In this document: piece by piece, positions 45,680 through 57,935 of the stretch
How the letters are laid out: each line of letters begins with the position of its first letter
How positions within the stretch are numbered: position 1 is the stretch's first letter
Assembly (NCBI RefSeq): GCF_032191835.1
Contig: NC_083240.1
Coordinates: 24,800,001 to 24,864,000, forward strand
Origin: Heteronotia binoei
Taxonomy: Eukaryota
DNA length: 64,000 bases
Direction: 5' to 3'
Notes under the pieces: model-generated
What the model was told of the DNA's origin: nothing
What the model saw: the letters and a program-made list of their open reading frames with translations, nothing else
The model's database searches: none
Program-made: the position numbers and the translations under genes

Positions 45680-46270
45680 CCATTCAAGTAGCCTGGAAAG
45701 GAGATGACTGAGAGGTGATATGATCACCATCCTCAAGTACCTGAAGGACTGTCATATAGAGAGTGGTGTGAAGTTGCTTTCTGTTGCCCAAGAAGGTCAG
45801 ACCAGAACCAGCAGACTGAAATACAATCAAAAGAGTTTCCAGCTAAACATTAGGAAGAACATCCTGACAGTTAGAGTGGTTCCTCAGTGGAACAGGCTTA
45901 TTTGGGAGGTGGTGGGCTCTCCTTCCTTGGAGGTTTTTACACAAAGGCTAGATGGCCATCTGAGAGCAGTACTGATTCTGTGAACTTAGACAGATCATGA
46001 AAAGGAGGGTAGGAAGGGTTGTATCCATGCTCAGTTCTCATGGGCCTTTCTTTCACGCCCAGGGAAATGCTGATTGACACTTCGGGGTCAGCTAGCAATT
46101 TTTTCCCAGGCCAGTTTGGCAAGGAATCCTCGAGGGTTTTTTTACATCCTCTGAGAATGTAGCAGAAGTCACTGGATATGGGGGGGAGATATTTGTGAAG
46201 TCCCTGGATTGTGCAGGGGATTTGGCTAGATGACCCTGGAGATCCCTTCCAACTCTATGACTCTATTATT
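45680..46270 (+). mobile_element. CR1 LINE 3' fragment (second subfamily)
   Basis: ORF 45720-45983 (MITILKYLKDCH...NIRKNILTVRVVPQWNRL..EVVGSPSLEVF.QRLD); tail ccttccaactctatgactctatt. Confidence 0.85.
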
Positions 46271-46423
46271 CTAAGCAGAATTGTTTTGTTTTTTTAGCAG
46301 GAACACACAAAAATGCAATTCTGGCTGGCTTAGTGTCAGGGGGTGTGGCTTAACATGCAGATGAGTTCCTGCTGGGCTTATTCTACCCCCCCCCCCCCAA
46401 AAAAAGAACCCGTTGATTCTAAG

Positions 46424-46543
46424 CAGGGCTTTTTTGTGGGAAAAGCCCAGCAGGAACTCATTTGCCTATTAGGCCACACCCCTTGACACCAAGACAGCTG
46501 GAACTGCGTGCCTGTGCATTCCTGCTTTTTTAAAAAAGTCCTG
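46424..46543 (+). mobile_element. CACCC-bearing hAT MITE with perfect TSD
   Basis: TSD ATTCTAAG at 46416-46423 and 46544-46551; an inverted sibling occupies ~46276-46415. Confidence 0.85.
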
Positions 46544-48525
46544 ATTCTAAGTACTTGCCAGAGTTGGCCCTGCTTAGCTTCTGAGATCTGACGAGACTGG
46601 TCTCGCCTGGGCTATCCAGGTCAAGGCCAAACAGAAGTAATGTTGAATAGAATAGAACCACCTAAAACTGACTCTCAAGATTTGTCTGTTTTGCATCATA
46701 CACTGTTCGACTTCTAGTCCACATGAAAGAGGACTCAGGTGGGCCACAAGGAGATTTATCACCACCTCAGGAAGCTCTCGACTAGAGATCCTTTCCATTC
46801 GGGCTCCCTTCCCCACGACTGTGGCTCTTAGCAGGAATGTTGTGGAGTGTCTTGATCAAACAGCAACAGCCCCAGTGTTTGCAAACTGAAGTCTGATGCC
46901 AACCATGTTCCCTCCCCTCCCCACCCCACCCCCCGCCCACCAGCAGTTTGCCTGTTTTGGAGATACTTGAAGCCTTGGCAGACGGCCACGGATCAGGTGT
47001 GTCCGTGACAGGGGTTGTTGGGCTTCACTCTCTCATGTCCGAAATACGAGGAAATGGGAGAAAAAACATTTTGAGTACACAACCGTTCCCAGCGAAAACA
47101 ACAGATCGAAACTGTGCCTCCGTCCAGGAGGATGGAGCGGGACTTCAGGCGCAGTGGCAGCATCTCAGCACGGCAGGGGGCAGTGGAGGGAGCGTGAAAC
47201 CTTTAGCGAAATCCTAGGTCAGCCATTTCATGCTGGAGACTCCATTTGAAGTCAGTTTGCCGAAGGATTGTGGCTCGTGGCTCAGAAACTCAGTGGGTGC
47301 TTTCATACACACCAGGGCTTTTTTTGCATCATACACTGTAGCAGGAACTCCTTTGCATATTAGCCCACAGAAGTGGATTGAAACTGCATTATTTAGCATG
47401 TATGGAAACGCCAGGGTGTCCCAATAGACTGAAATGTTCCCCACTGCCAGAAAGGCGTCAACATACCCTGAGCTGCCAGGATCCAGGACTTCTGGTGGGG
47501 CCCACTGCTGCTGACCCCCACTTCTCCCCTGCCACCAGTCTGTGCTCTCCTCTGCCCTGAATCATTGAGGAAGGGCATGTGGGTGACGGCCAATGGTAGC
47601 ACTCCTGGTGGCCATGGCTGCAGCGCTCCCAGCTGCAATGACTGGCTGGTGTGCTTGAGATTGAGAACAGGCTGTGCAGGAGATGCAGGCCACTGAGCAT
47701 GGGCGGAAGGAGGGCTTGTAAGTGACACACAGGCAGAGGCCAGTGTGAGGGTGGAAAGGAGGGCATGAGTGGGATCCTGGGGATGAACAGATGGGGGGGC
47801 CAGGATACTGTCTTCCCTGGGCCCCCCAAAACCTGGAGCTGAGCCCTGCCTCACTCGCTTCGGAATAGTGTGGCTTTTAATATAAAATGCATGTCCTTTT
47901 TTTGTAAGGCCTGTTCACCCTGGACTGGAGCAGATTCTATCAGAAACATGAGATTACCATGGTCACTGGAAGGCAAAAGATATCTCCATTGTTTGAAGGG
48001 AGGACCTGAGACATTAAATATACAGTACAATCCTAAGAGCATTTCGTGGGAGTAAGCCCCGAGCAGGATTATGAATACAACTGCTTAGGGTTGCTCTTAG
48101 ATGGTAGCAAATTGAGGGGGGGGGGGAATGGAGAAAGACCAAATCATTTCCCACATATTAATCTGGCTACTGGCCTTAGATGCTGCAAAAACAGCTTTGT
48201 TGCCAAAATTCCAGACAGGCGACTGTTAAGTACACAGGACTGTGTGTTCATGTATGATTTTACCAAATCATACCTTGGGTCCATCAAAAGTCAGTCTTGT
48301 CTACTCAGACTGGCAGTAGCTTTCTGGGGTCTCAGGCAGAGGTCTTTCCCACCCCCTCCTACCTGGGGATAAGCGTTGGGGAAAGAACCTGGGGCCTTCT
48401 GCATGCCAAGCAGATGCTCTGTCACTGAGCCACAGCCCCTCCTCAAAAAGGCACTCAATGGAGAATGGGAGAACAATGCACAGTGCCCTTGTTCCTTGGA
48501 GGGAAATGTGGTGGATAGATATGAT

Positions 48526-48637
48526 CAGGCCTTTTTTTTTTTTGTAGAAAAAGCCCAGCAGGAACTCATTTGACACCAAGCCAGCCAGAACTGCGTTCCT
48601 GTGCATTCCTGCTCAAAAAAAAAAAAAAAAAGCCCTG
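48526..48637 (+). mobile_element. hAT MITE (internally deleted) with perfect TSD
   Basis: TSD GATATGAT at 48518-48525 and 48638-48645. Confidence 0.85.
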
Positions 48638-49981
48638 GATATGATGTTACATAGAGTTGCCATGTCCCTCCCAGCCACCAACAGGGGATGGACTGGCAGA
48701 GGGTTGCCAAATCCAGGTAGGAAAACTCCAGGAGATTTGGGGGTGGAGCCTGGGGAGGACAGGAACCTCAGGGGGTACAGTCCCATAGAATCCACCCTCC
48801 AAAGCAGCCAGCTTCTCCAAGGGAACTGATCTCTGTTGTCTGGAGATGAGCTGTAATTCCAGGGGATCCCCTGGCCCCACCTGGAGGCTGGCATCCATTA
48901 AATGTATATAGAAAGAAAAGAGTGTTATCCAAAGGGATGACGCTGCCTCTGGAAACCACATGTTCAAGTGGGGAAAGGGTGGTCCTTTTTATTTTAAAGA
49001 AAAGACTGTTGAAGTTTCAATGAATCAGGTTGGAATTCCCCCGAGATCAGGGCAGGCCACTATGACTCTGTTGTATCCCTGTAATGCTATTGCTGTCAAT
49101 ATGTTTTTTACAAGGCCTTACTTGGCCCTCCATAAAATCTTGGCGGAAACAAACCCTTTGCAATGAGAGAGAAAGCGGATGCGCTTCCTGGATTACCACC
49201 TTGGCTGGAATGGACTGGGGCAAGAAGGTACGGCCTGAGACCGAAACTGCACTCTTTTGTTGGTTCCCTTCTATACTTCCTTATCTAAACAAGGCAATGC
49301 ATCCTAAGGACGGAGCGTGTGTCGCCAAGAGACTGAACTGCTGGGAATGTGTATGCGGCGATAGCTGACCTGCGATAGTCAACAAACCGCCTTTTGCTGG
49401 GATGGTTGGTTAAACAAGATGGCTGATAGGGGAGCCACCACAGCTTAAATAAACTTTAGGTTAATGCAGCGAACTGGTTGTTATGAAGAATTGCTTGTGC
49501 AGACCAGAGCAAAGTTCCATCCTGTCTAATTCTCTTATCACTGACAGTGGCTGTTCAGGTGCCTGGGAAGCAGAGCAGAGCCACATCTGGCCAGGTGCTG
49601 GAGGCCTCTCAGCTGGCTAGAAAACCAGGTCCTTTAAGCATCTATGAAAACTGCAACCAATTGGCCAGCTGGAAAAGGTCTGATTAGCTGCTGGGCTTTC
49701 TGATTTCTCTGCCTCCTGATTGGCTCCCGGTTTCTACTCGAGACTTTAGAAAGACTTTCGAGGCATGTCAACCCCAGTCCTCTGACAATCTCAGCTGTTC
49801 ACCCTGGCTTGTATCATCCACAGCAAACCCAATCCTCCTGTTTCTAGATGGCTTCCTCACTCCCCTGATCTTTGCAAGTGACCAGCAACAGATGTTAGCT
49901 GTGGCATGTTGGCTACATGGAGTCTTCATAGTCAGCTTTGGATACCAAGTGCTGGGGACCAAAATGTCCATCACCTTCATG

Positions 49982-50510
49982 TAGGGTTGCCAATCCCCAG
50001 GTGGGGGCAGGGATCCCCCGGTTTGGAGACTCTCCCCCCGCTTCAGGGTCGTCAGAAAGCGGTGGGGAGGGGAGGGAAATGTCTGCTGGGAACTCTGTTA
50101 TTCCCTATGGAGATTTATTCCCATAGAAAATCATGGAGAATTGATCCGCGGGTATCTGGGGCTCTGGGGGGGCTGTTTTTTGGGGTAGAGGCATCAAATT
50201 TTCAGTATGACATCTAGTGCCTCTCCCCAAATTACCCCCCAAGTTTCAAAAAGTTTGGACCAGGGGGTCCAATTCTATGAGCCCCGAAAGAAGGTGCCCT
50301 ATCCTTCATTATTTCCTATGGAAGGAAGGCATTGAAAAGGTGTGCCGTCCCTTTAAATGTGATGGCCAGAACTCCCTTTGGAGTTCAGTGATGCTTGTCA
50401 CAGCCTTGATCTTGGCTCCACCCCCAATGTCTCCTGACTCCACCCCCAAAGTCTCCTGGCTCCACCCCCAAAGTCCCCAGCTATTTCTTGAATTGGACTT
50501 GGCAACCCTA
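49982..50510 (+). mobile_element. 529-bp non-autonomous hAT-like element
   Basis: TIRs TAGGGTTGCCAA / TTGGCAACCCTA; perfect TSD CCTTCATG at 49974-49981 and 50511-50518; internal ~20-bp repeats ggctccacccccaaagtctcct. Confidence 0.88.
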
Positions 50511-51694
50511 CCTTCATGACCTAGTGAGTTTCTCAAAGGTGTACAAATCAGTCCATTTTTGGAAACAGGATGGTGGAATGGATGGAAATTTAATTGGATC
50601 CAGAGAGGATGTTCTTTGTTAACGGACACCACCCCCCTAATTTCCAGAAATTTCCCAAGCTAGATCTGGCAACTTTAGCATATGCCAGGGATTCAGCCAG
50701 GCAGCTATAGTGGAGCCTCTCAGGGCCCAGCCCCCCAGCATACCACCTAGCCCGCCCCCTGACTTCCATTTTTAAATTTTCATTTTATTTATTGCACTTG
50801 TCATCGCCACCAGCAGCAAGCCTTGTGCCGCCCTCTCTCACCAGCCACTCATTGTCACCACTGGCAAGCCCCTTGCCATGGCCACCTTCTCTTGCCAGTC
50901 CCTCGCCGCCACTGGCGAGCCCTATGCTGCCCTCTCCCTCTGGTCTTTCACCACTATCGCTCAGCTCTGGCAAGCCCCATGCCCACCTTGTAGGCTGTAT
51001 ATGCTTTTCTTTTGCATCCTTTCAGCCATGGGGATCCATTGCATGGCTATGGGGGGCGGGCTCATTTCCTTGTCTTACCTTGGCTGACCGGGTGTGTGAG
51101 GTGGTGCCACCTGACTTATTTAAATGCCCCCAAAGAAAAAAATTCTGGCTCTGCCCCTCCAGCCAGGCACTTTCTGTATGCAAACCACCTGCTATAAGGC
51201 TGAGCCGCTGCCTGTTTTCATGTTGCAGATTCAGAGTCCTTTTTTATACCTAAAGGGAGCTCTGATGTCCAAGCACAACCCCAAATAATTCACTAGACTC
51301 TCCCAGCCTCAAGTGTTGAGGTTCTGGGTTCAAGTGGTGGCAACCATTTAACAAAAATGAATGCTGAGAATGCCCGCCTCGTCCATGAATATTCAGAGTC
51401 TACTGAGGCCAGACAGCAGCTTAAAAGTTAAAAAAAATCCTGTGTCATTCAAAGTACTCCGGAAGATATTTCTTTTCTGCTGCCAATCCTGTCCCTGCTT
51501 GCCAGCCTCCTCTTGAAACCAAAACCCGTCACGGCAAACAAGCGGTAGGAATTCAAGGCCCGCTTCCAGCTTGCCCTCCCTGGTCGGCCTCCATCTCTTG
51601 GGGATGCCATCTCCTCAAACAAACAAAAGGAGATGGTGTGAGGGAACAGCCGGGTAAGAGTCCGTTGGCAAAGCCCCACCCCATGCCTGAGCTA

Positions 51695-51760
51695 ACACAG
51701 CCCGCCCCGGCTATAGCGATGGTTATAAATCATCCCAAGGCCAGGTGCTTGAACACTTTG
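51695..51760 (+). promoter_or_regulatory. CLDN3: CLDN3 core promoter
   Basis: GC box CCCGCCCC at 51701-51708; TATAAA at 51724-51729, ~105 nt before the ATG. Confidence 0.7.
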
Positions 51761-51831
51761 ACTCAAAGGTACATGCTGAGAGCAACCGATTCCCCTGCTT
51801 GGCAAGTGCTGACCGACAAAGCAGCGGCAAA

Positions 51832-52476
51832 ATGTCGATGGGCCTGGAAATTGGCGGAGTGTCCCTGTCTGTCCTAGGCTGGATCGGCAGCATCTTGAGC
51901 TGCGGGCTGCCCATGTGGCGGGTGACGGCTTTCATTGGTGCCAACATTGTCACCGCACAGATCACCTGGGAGGGTCTGTGGATGGACTGTGTGGTGCAGA
52001 GTACCGGCCAGATGCAATGCAAGGTCTACGACTCCATGCTGGCGTTACCTCCGGACCTGCAGGCCGCCCGGGCCCTGGTGGTCATCACCGTCATTCTAGG
52101 TGCGCTGGGCATCCTCATCTTCTTGATGGGGGCCCAGTGTACCCGCTGTATCGAGGAAGAGTCCACTAAGGCCAAGGTAACCATCGTCGCCGGAGTCATC
52201 TTCCTGTTGTCTGGCATCCTGATCCTCATCCCTGTCTCCTGGTCGGCCAACACCATAATCCGTGACTTCTACAACACATTGGTGCCTCAGCCCCAGAAGC
52301 GAGAGCTGGGAGCTTCTCTCTACATTGGCTGGGCAGCGGCCGCCCTCTTTCTTTTCGGGGGCGCCTTGCTCTGCTGCACCTGCCCCCCTAAAGAGGACAG
52401 GTACAGACCCACAAATGTGGCCTACTCAGCCCCCAAGTCGACAATGGCCAGCTATGACAAGAAGAACTATGTATGA
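51832..52476 (+). CDS. CLDN3: Claudin-3, single-exon CDS, 214 aa
   Basis: MSMGLEI N-terminus, [24 protein letters not shown]...YD.K.YV tail; divergent from CLDN4 and upstream of ABHD11 as in mammals. Confidence 0.93.
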   Translation: MSMGLEIGGVSLSVLGWIGSILSCGLPMWRVTAFIGANIVTAQITWEGLWMDCVVQSTGQMQCKVYDSMLALPPDLQAARALVVITVILGALGILIFLMGAQCTRCIEEESTKAKVTIVAGVIFLLSGILILIPVSWSANTIIRDFYNTLVPQPQKRELGASLYIGWAAAALFLFGGALLCCTCPPKEDRYRPTNVAYSAPKSTMASYDKKNYV

Positions 52477-53781
52477 AGCAGCAGCCCATCCTGGGTGTGA
52501 AACTCAACCGCCCATTGCTACGCCCGCCAGGAGGCTCCTGAACTTCACCATCACTCGCTCAAGAAAAGAGACAGTCAGATATATCTTTGGGAATACATGT
52601 ACAGAGATATGTTCTGCTTAAACTCTGGGAACTGAATGATGGGCTCTGGGCTGGCGCTCCTCCACCACAAAGAAAAGGAGAAGGGAAAACCACTCAGTTC
52701 ATCTTTCCTTGTCTTCTCGTGGATATCCTTTGACTTCAAACACATTGCGCCCCATCGTGGACTTTCAAGTGCCTCTGCGATATTAGACCCTGCTTCCCAT
52801 CCCTCAAGCTTCATCTTCAGCCAGCAAAGGTTGGCGAGAGGTGTGGCCTTCAGATTGCCTCTCTGTTGTTCAACTTGGCTCACCCTGCACCCCTTTTTTC
52901 TTCCTATTTTGGAGCTTTGTTTCTGTGAGGGGTATTTAGAAAAATGATTAATTCAAAGGGTGGGGAGGGAGGGTGTGATGATATTCTAGGGGACAGAGAC
53001 TATAGGGAGATAGAGCCTCCATGCTTAGGATTTGTTTACTGTTGAGAATTCTTGGGAAATGACGGGTGGTGAGGGATGATATCAAACCAGGGCTCTTTTA
53101 AAAGCTGCAATATCAGCTTTAGGGCACGGAATTTGGTTTGATTAAGTAAATAGGCCAGGGCTCTTGTGGGTGACAGGCTTCCAGAGAGAAATAAAGATGG
53201 CCCCCGCCTCCATTTCTTCTTTTATACTGTAAAGGAAATCACCCTGCATCTTGCCCTGAGGTAATAACTTTGTCGCAAACCAGGCCTCTGGGAAATAAAT
53301 GGTTTCACCAAAAAAGTACAGGGAATCAGCTATGGGGAAAGGAGGATGGTGCTTTTAGGCAAACGGTCAGCCACTGTTGGCCGTGAAAAGGTTATGAGAG
53401 TTGGTGAGGGAGAAGCAAAGATGGCCGACATCCCTCATGTTCTCAAGCCTGGCCCTTCAGCACAAGTGGTAACTACTCTGGTCAGGAGAGAATAAGCTGA
53501 CTAACATAAACCATCACCTCCTGGGATGGCAGCGTGGCAGCAACCACCAGAACAGGGCAGAGGGATATTTAAGAAGCTGCCGGTAAAATTAATCTTGACT
53601 AGCAGTGGCTCTTCAGACTTTCTGTCAAGGACGTTTTAACCAGAGATGCCAAGGAGGGTTCATATCCAGCGAAGCTAGGCAAAAACAGATTCATGGTTCT
53701 GTGAGGCTTGAGACCAACTGAGACTCCCCCTCCTGCTTTGTGTTTTGTACAGTGGTATGGCGTTTCCTTCTTTCTCCCACA

Positions 53782-53787
53782 AATAAA
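53782..53787 (+). terminator. CLDN3: Candidate CLDN3 polyadenylation signal
   Basis: AATAAA followed by U/GU-rich sequence; other AATAAA at 53190-53195 and 53294-53299. Confidence 0.4.
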
Positions 53788-55483
53788 AGTCTGTTTTAGT
53801 AATTAGATCAAATGTTGCCTTCTTGACGATTTGGGTCCGGCATGACTGGCAGCCACTTCTACCTTCCTGGGAACAACCAGGCTGTTTGGTCTCACAGTTA
53901 TCTACATGTTTACGGGTGAATGTTCTGCATTCTTGCCTTTACTTTGCAATTCAGTGTGTGCACAGCCCTTTTTATGTTGCACACACAACGATGCTGCGCT
54001 CCTTTCGCACTTGCAGGAGGTGAGAGGCCTGCGGGGTCTCTAGCAGCCAGAGCTTTGAGTCCTAATCTTAGCTCAAAAAGCACGAGTCCATCTCAGCAGC
54101 GATCTAAGAGCAGCCGTAGGCAAGTTACAAACATTCTGGAAAAGGAGGAAGGAACCTGAACAGAGAAGGATTTAGAAACAGACTTTCAGCCTAGCGCTAG
54201 CCTGAGCTCGCCCTGATCCTGAACCACAATCCAGTATCCTGCCCTGAGGTAAGGACAGATGGCTGCCTCAGGCAGTGTATTTTGGGTGCTGTTAAGGGAG
54301 ACGAGTGGGAGCCAAAAAGAGATAACTCGTGGGGCACAATATACCAGGATGTTCTCCTGCCCAGATACCGCTGAAATGAATGGCTATCTGTGGAAAAGAT
54401 GATACAGAGTGATGGAGAGAAACATTTCCCTCTCTCCTCTTTCCCCGTGATGGTCATTGGCAGTACAGAAATCGGTTGCTGCCCAGACAAGATGTAATGG
54501 AACTTATGGAACTCACCATCACAAGATGTGGCAATAGGGTGGCATTTATTTAGCACATCTATAAATATTCAGAGGCAGATTATTTCTGAGTAGAATTTGC
54601 GGGGCCGGGGAGTGGGCTATCATGCTCTGCAGGGAACAACTCCAATCATCTGCCTGACCCGTGTTGAAATGAAACCAAATGCTGGTCTGGAGGGACCCCA
54701 GCCCAGCAACATGATTGTTTATGTTCATATAAAGCAGCAGATAAATTTAAGGCAGATGTTACGTCAAAATAAGTGGCATTTCCATGTGTAGAGGCGATAC
54801 ACATCTGAGCAGGAGGGCTGTCGCTGTCATGCCTTGTCCATGAGTACGGCCACAGAAAGGACTCTTGGCTTGATCCAGTAGGCCCACTCCAGTGTTTTTA
54901 CTGGGCTCCTTGTGGTGCTCCTTGTGGACTCCACCCCCCCCCCTCTCTTGGAACATCCTTCTTGGAAACAGGATCCTTAGTCTTAGCCTGCCAGGCTTAG
55001 GAATCACAGGTTAATGCGAGCCATTTTAAATAAAATAAATAGACAATGTTCCGGGGCAGAAGTTGGGCTGCGCTCTGAAACGAATTTGATCAAAATCACT
55101 GGGATTCTCTCATCCCCTATCAGAGCCAGAGTAAATTTGATCAGGGAACCGTGCTGGTTCATGAATGTTCCCCATACTTTTATAAAACATAGGGATTTAT
55201 TTCTCCACTGAAAAAGGGGTCACCGCAAGCATTTCTCCTTTCTTTTTTTGCATTGTCTCTGCTCATCTCCTGGCTGCCATATCTATTCTTCGACATTCAT
55301 TAATCATAAACTATGTTTGCGCATTGGTTATTTTATCTATATCTACATCTCTCTCTCTCTTGCTCACTGTCTGTCTAGAAATCATGAGCAAATGGAGCTA
55401 AAACCTTCCCCGTCTCCTCTGACTTTTCCTCCTCTTGGTTCTCCACTTGGGGCATTTTTTCTCATTGGGGCTCAGGTTGGATA

Positions 55484-55790
55484 ATAATAATAATAATAAT
55501 AAGTTTTTATTTATACCCTGCTTACAGAGCATGATACAGTATCATGGCATAGCAATAACAGATGAAATCAATCAACAGTATAAATACAATATAAAAATTA
55601 ATATTAAAAATAAGCTAAAACAATACAATGGTGCTACAGTCTCTGTTTATCCAAGGCAGCGTAGTATTAATTCTGGTTCCATCTTAAAAGGCTACTTGGA
55701 AGAGGGCAGTTTTGCAGGCCCTACAGAACTGATTAAGATCCCGTAGGGCCCGCACCTCTTCTGGCAACTGGATGTGGTCTTGTAGGTAGT
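55484..55790 (-). mobile_element. L2-like LINE 3' remnant
   Basis: (aat)n tail at 55484-55503, then reverse-complement tccgtagggcctgcaaaactgccctcttccaag-type sequence. Confidence 0.55.
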
Positions 55791-56628
55791 GGAGAGAGCT
55801 GAGTGCCCCTCACTCGAGCGTCCATGGGATAAAACCAGATGTACACTTACACTCTGCTCATTGCATAGGTGAAGCAGACCCAAAGCAACACGACTGAATG
55901 CACTGTGTCAAATGTACACCTTACTTTGTGTGTCTTTGCAGCTGTGGAGAGGCGATCATTTAGATTTTCCACCTTAAGTATCAATATACTTGACTTCCAC
56001 CACTACGCAGCTGCCACTTCTTTAATGGTTAAGATGCACCCTGGCCTTGCTGGAATCCCTCTGCCTGCAGGATTTGGACAATCACTCCCTGGGCTCCACA
56101 GTGAATTAAGACAATGAAGGTTATCATGGACCCTGATCAAAGGAAACCGCAGGGAGCCGCTGGCTGCAGTGCCATGGCCAGAACTACTGAAAACCCTGGG
56201 ATCAAAGCTCATGGCTGGTTGTTGGGGTGAGATGATATAAGGCCAACCTTTATCCCTTGTGTAGGAAGTCAGGGAAGATTATGATATAATGACGTATAGA
56301 TAAATAAATGGGAGGGAGACCAGAGCAGTGCCCACATTGCTAGAAATACAAACTTCACAGCCCTGTGCATGGAGCCTGCATCTCCGATCCGGAAGCTCCA
56401 CATGGAAAAGAGGACCAAGGCAGAACCAGGACATTAAAAACAGACTCGAACATGCTGATTCCAACCCGGGGGTGCATTTTTCAAAACTGAAAAGCATTGG
56501 GGTTGAAGGCAGCTTTCAAGTTTAATTGGAAATCTGACTTTCCCCTGCTGTCCAATGTTTGCTGTTTTACTCGGGGTTGGTGGAGAACCCTGCATGCCCA
56601 GAAACCCTCTTTTCTACACTATTAATTC

Positions 56629-56786
56629 CAGGGCTTTTTTTGTAGCAGGAACTCCTTTGCAGATTAGGCCACAAACCCCTGATGTAGCCAGTCCTCCGGA
56701 ACTCTCAGTACACGGCCTACCGTAAGCTCCAGGAGGACTGACTACGTCAGGAGGGTGTGTCCTAATATGCAAAGGAGGTCCTGCTA
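56629..56786. mobile_element. Palindromic hAT-like MITE
   Basis: cagggctttttttgtagcaggaactcctttgca...atgcaaaggaggtcctgctac. Confidence 0.8.
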
Positions 56787-57303
56787 CTTCCCACGCCTGA
56801 GCTCTCTGGCACTGAAAAGAGGTTCTAGGACCGAGACCTGGCTCAAATTGAACCCGGATGGTGCTTGCAGACTGAAGTTCTGTTTTTCCCTTTGCCGTTC
56901 GGGCTGCTTGGTTCTGCCCAGCAAAGGAAGAGACAGTTCTCCTCCTCCCTGAATGCTCGGGGTTTGGAGCAGATCAAGCAAGCTTGTTTGTTTCTGCCTG
57001 TTCTGAGCTGCGCCCTGCGTTATGGGCGGTCCGCACCCTCCCGCTTGGCTCAGTTCACCTGCTGTCAAACAAGAGCTATGTAAACTCTGTGCAGAGGGAC
57101 TCAAAACAGGGGGAAGAGAAAGAAGGAAACGGAGCAGAAGGACGTGGCCTAGAAAGAGCAACTGAACGGCATCATTTGGTGGTGTCCCCGTATAGTGAAG
57201 CTCCCACATTTTTAGCTTTTGGATAGAAGAGGTTTTGCTCTGCATAAAAGGCTGCAGAAACCCAAATTCCTTGACAACATAGACGCCTCAACGTCATCCT
57301 CTA

Positions 57304-57550
57304 AGAGCCATTTTGGTGGTTAAGAGCGCTGGACTCTAATCTGGAGTACCCGGTTTGGTTCCCCACTCCTCCACATAAAGGCAGCTGGATGACCTTGGGT
57401 CAGTCACAGTTCTCTCAGAGCTGTTCTCTCAAGAGCAGCTCTCTGAGAGCGCTTCAAGCCCCGCCTACCTCACAGGGTGTCTGTTGTGGGGAGAGGAAGG
57501 GGAAAAGATTGTAAGCTGCTCTGAGGATAAATCCAATTTCTTCCTCTTCT
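57304..57550 (+). mobile_element. Squam3-like SINE
   Basis: Diverged head and typical body and tail. Confidence 0.7.
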
Positions 57551-57616
57551 TTCTAGACTACGCATTTAACCCTTATCCAGTTCTTGCATGCTAACACTTG
57601 TTGCAGATATCACAGG

Positions 57617-57935
57617 TCATAAGAACATAAAAAGAGCTGTGCTGGATCAAACCAGTGGTCCATCTAGTCCAGCATCCTGTCACTCACAGTGGCCAACCAG
57701 TTCCTCTGGAGGGCCAACAGCGGGCCATAGAGACTTTCCCCAATGTTGCCCCCAGGCTCTGGGATTCAGAAGTTGACGGCTTCTGTACATGGAGATTCCA
57801 TTTGGTAATCAAGGCTCACTGCTGTTCCAATCCCTCCCCATGGAGTCCACCAACCCCCTTGTAAAGCATCTAAGTTAATTGCTATCCCCACATCCTGTGT
57901 CAGTGAGTTCCACAAGTTACATATGCACTGTGTGA
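57617..57935 (-). mobile_element. CR1 LINE 3' remnant
   Basis: cataagaacataaaaagagctgtgctggatcaaaccagtggtccatctagtccagc. Confidence 0.7.

Noticed and set aside
50792-50970. Pro/Ser-rich ORF with repeated cactggc(a/g)agccc
   Set aside because: Low-complexity short direct repeats, probably transposon-internal; no coding evidence.
51745-51831. 29-aa N-terminal extension of CLDN3 in the ORF track
   Set aside because: It starts at GTG only ~16 nt after the TATA box, at or before the likely TSS; the conserved start is MSMGLE at 51832.
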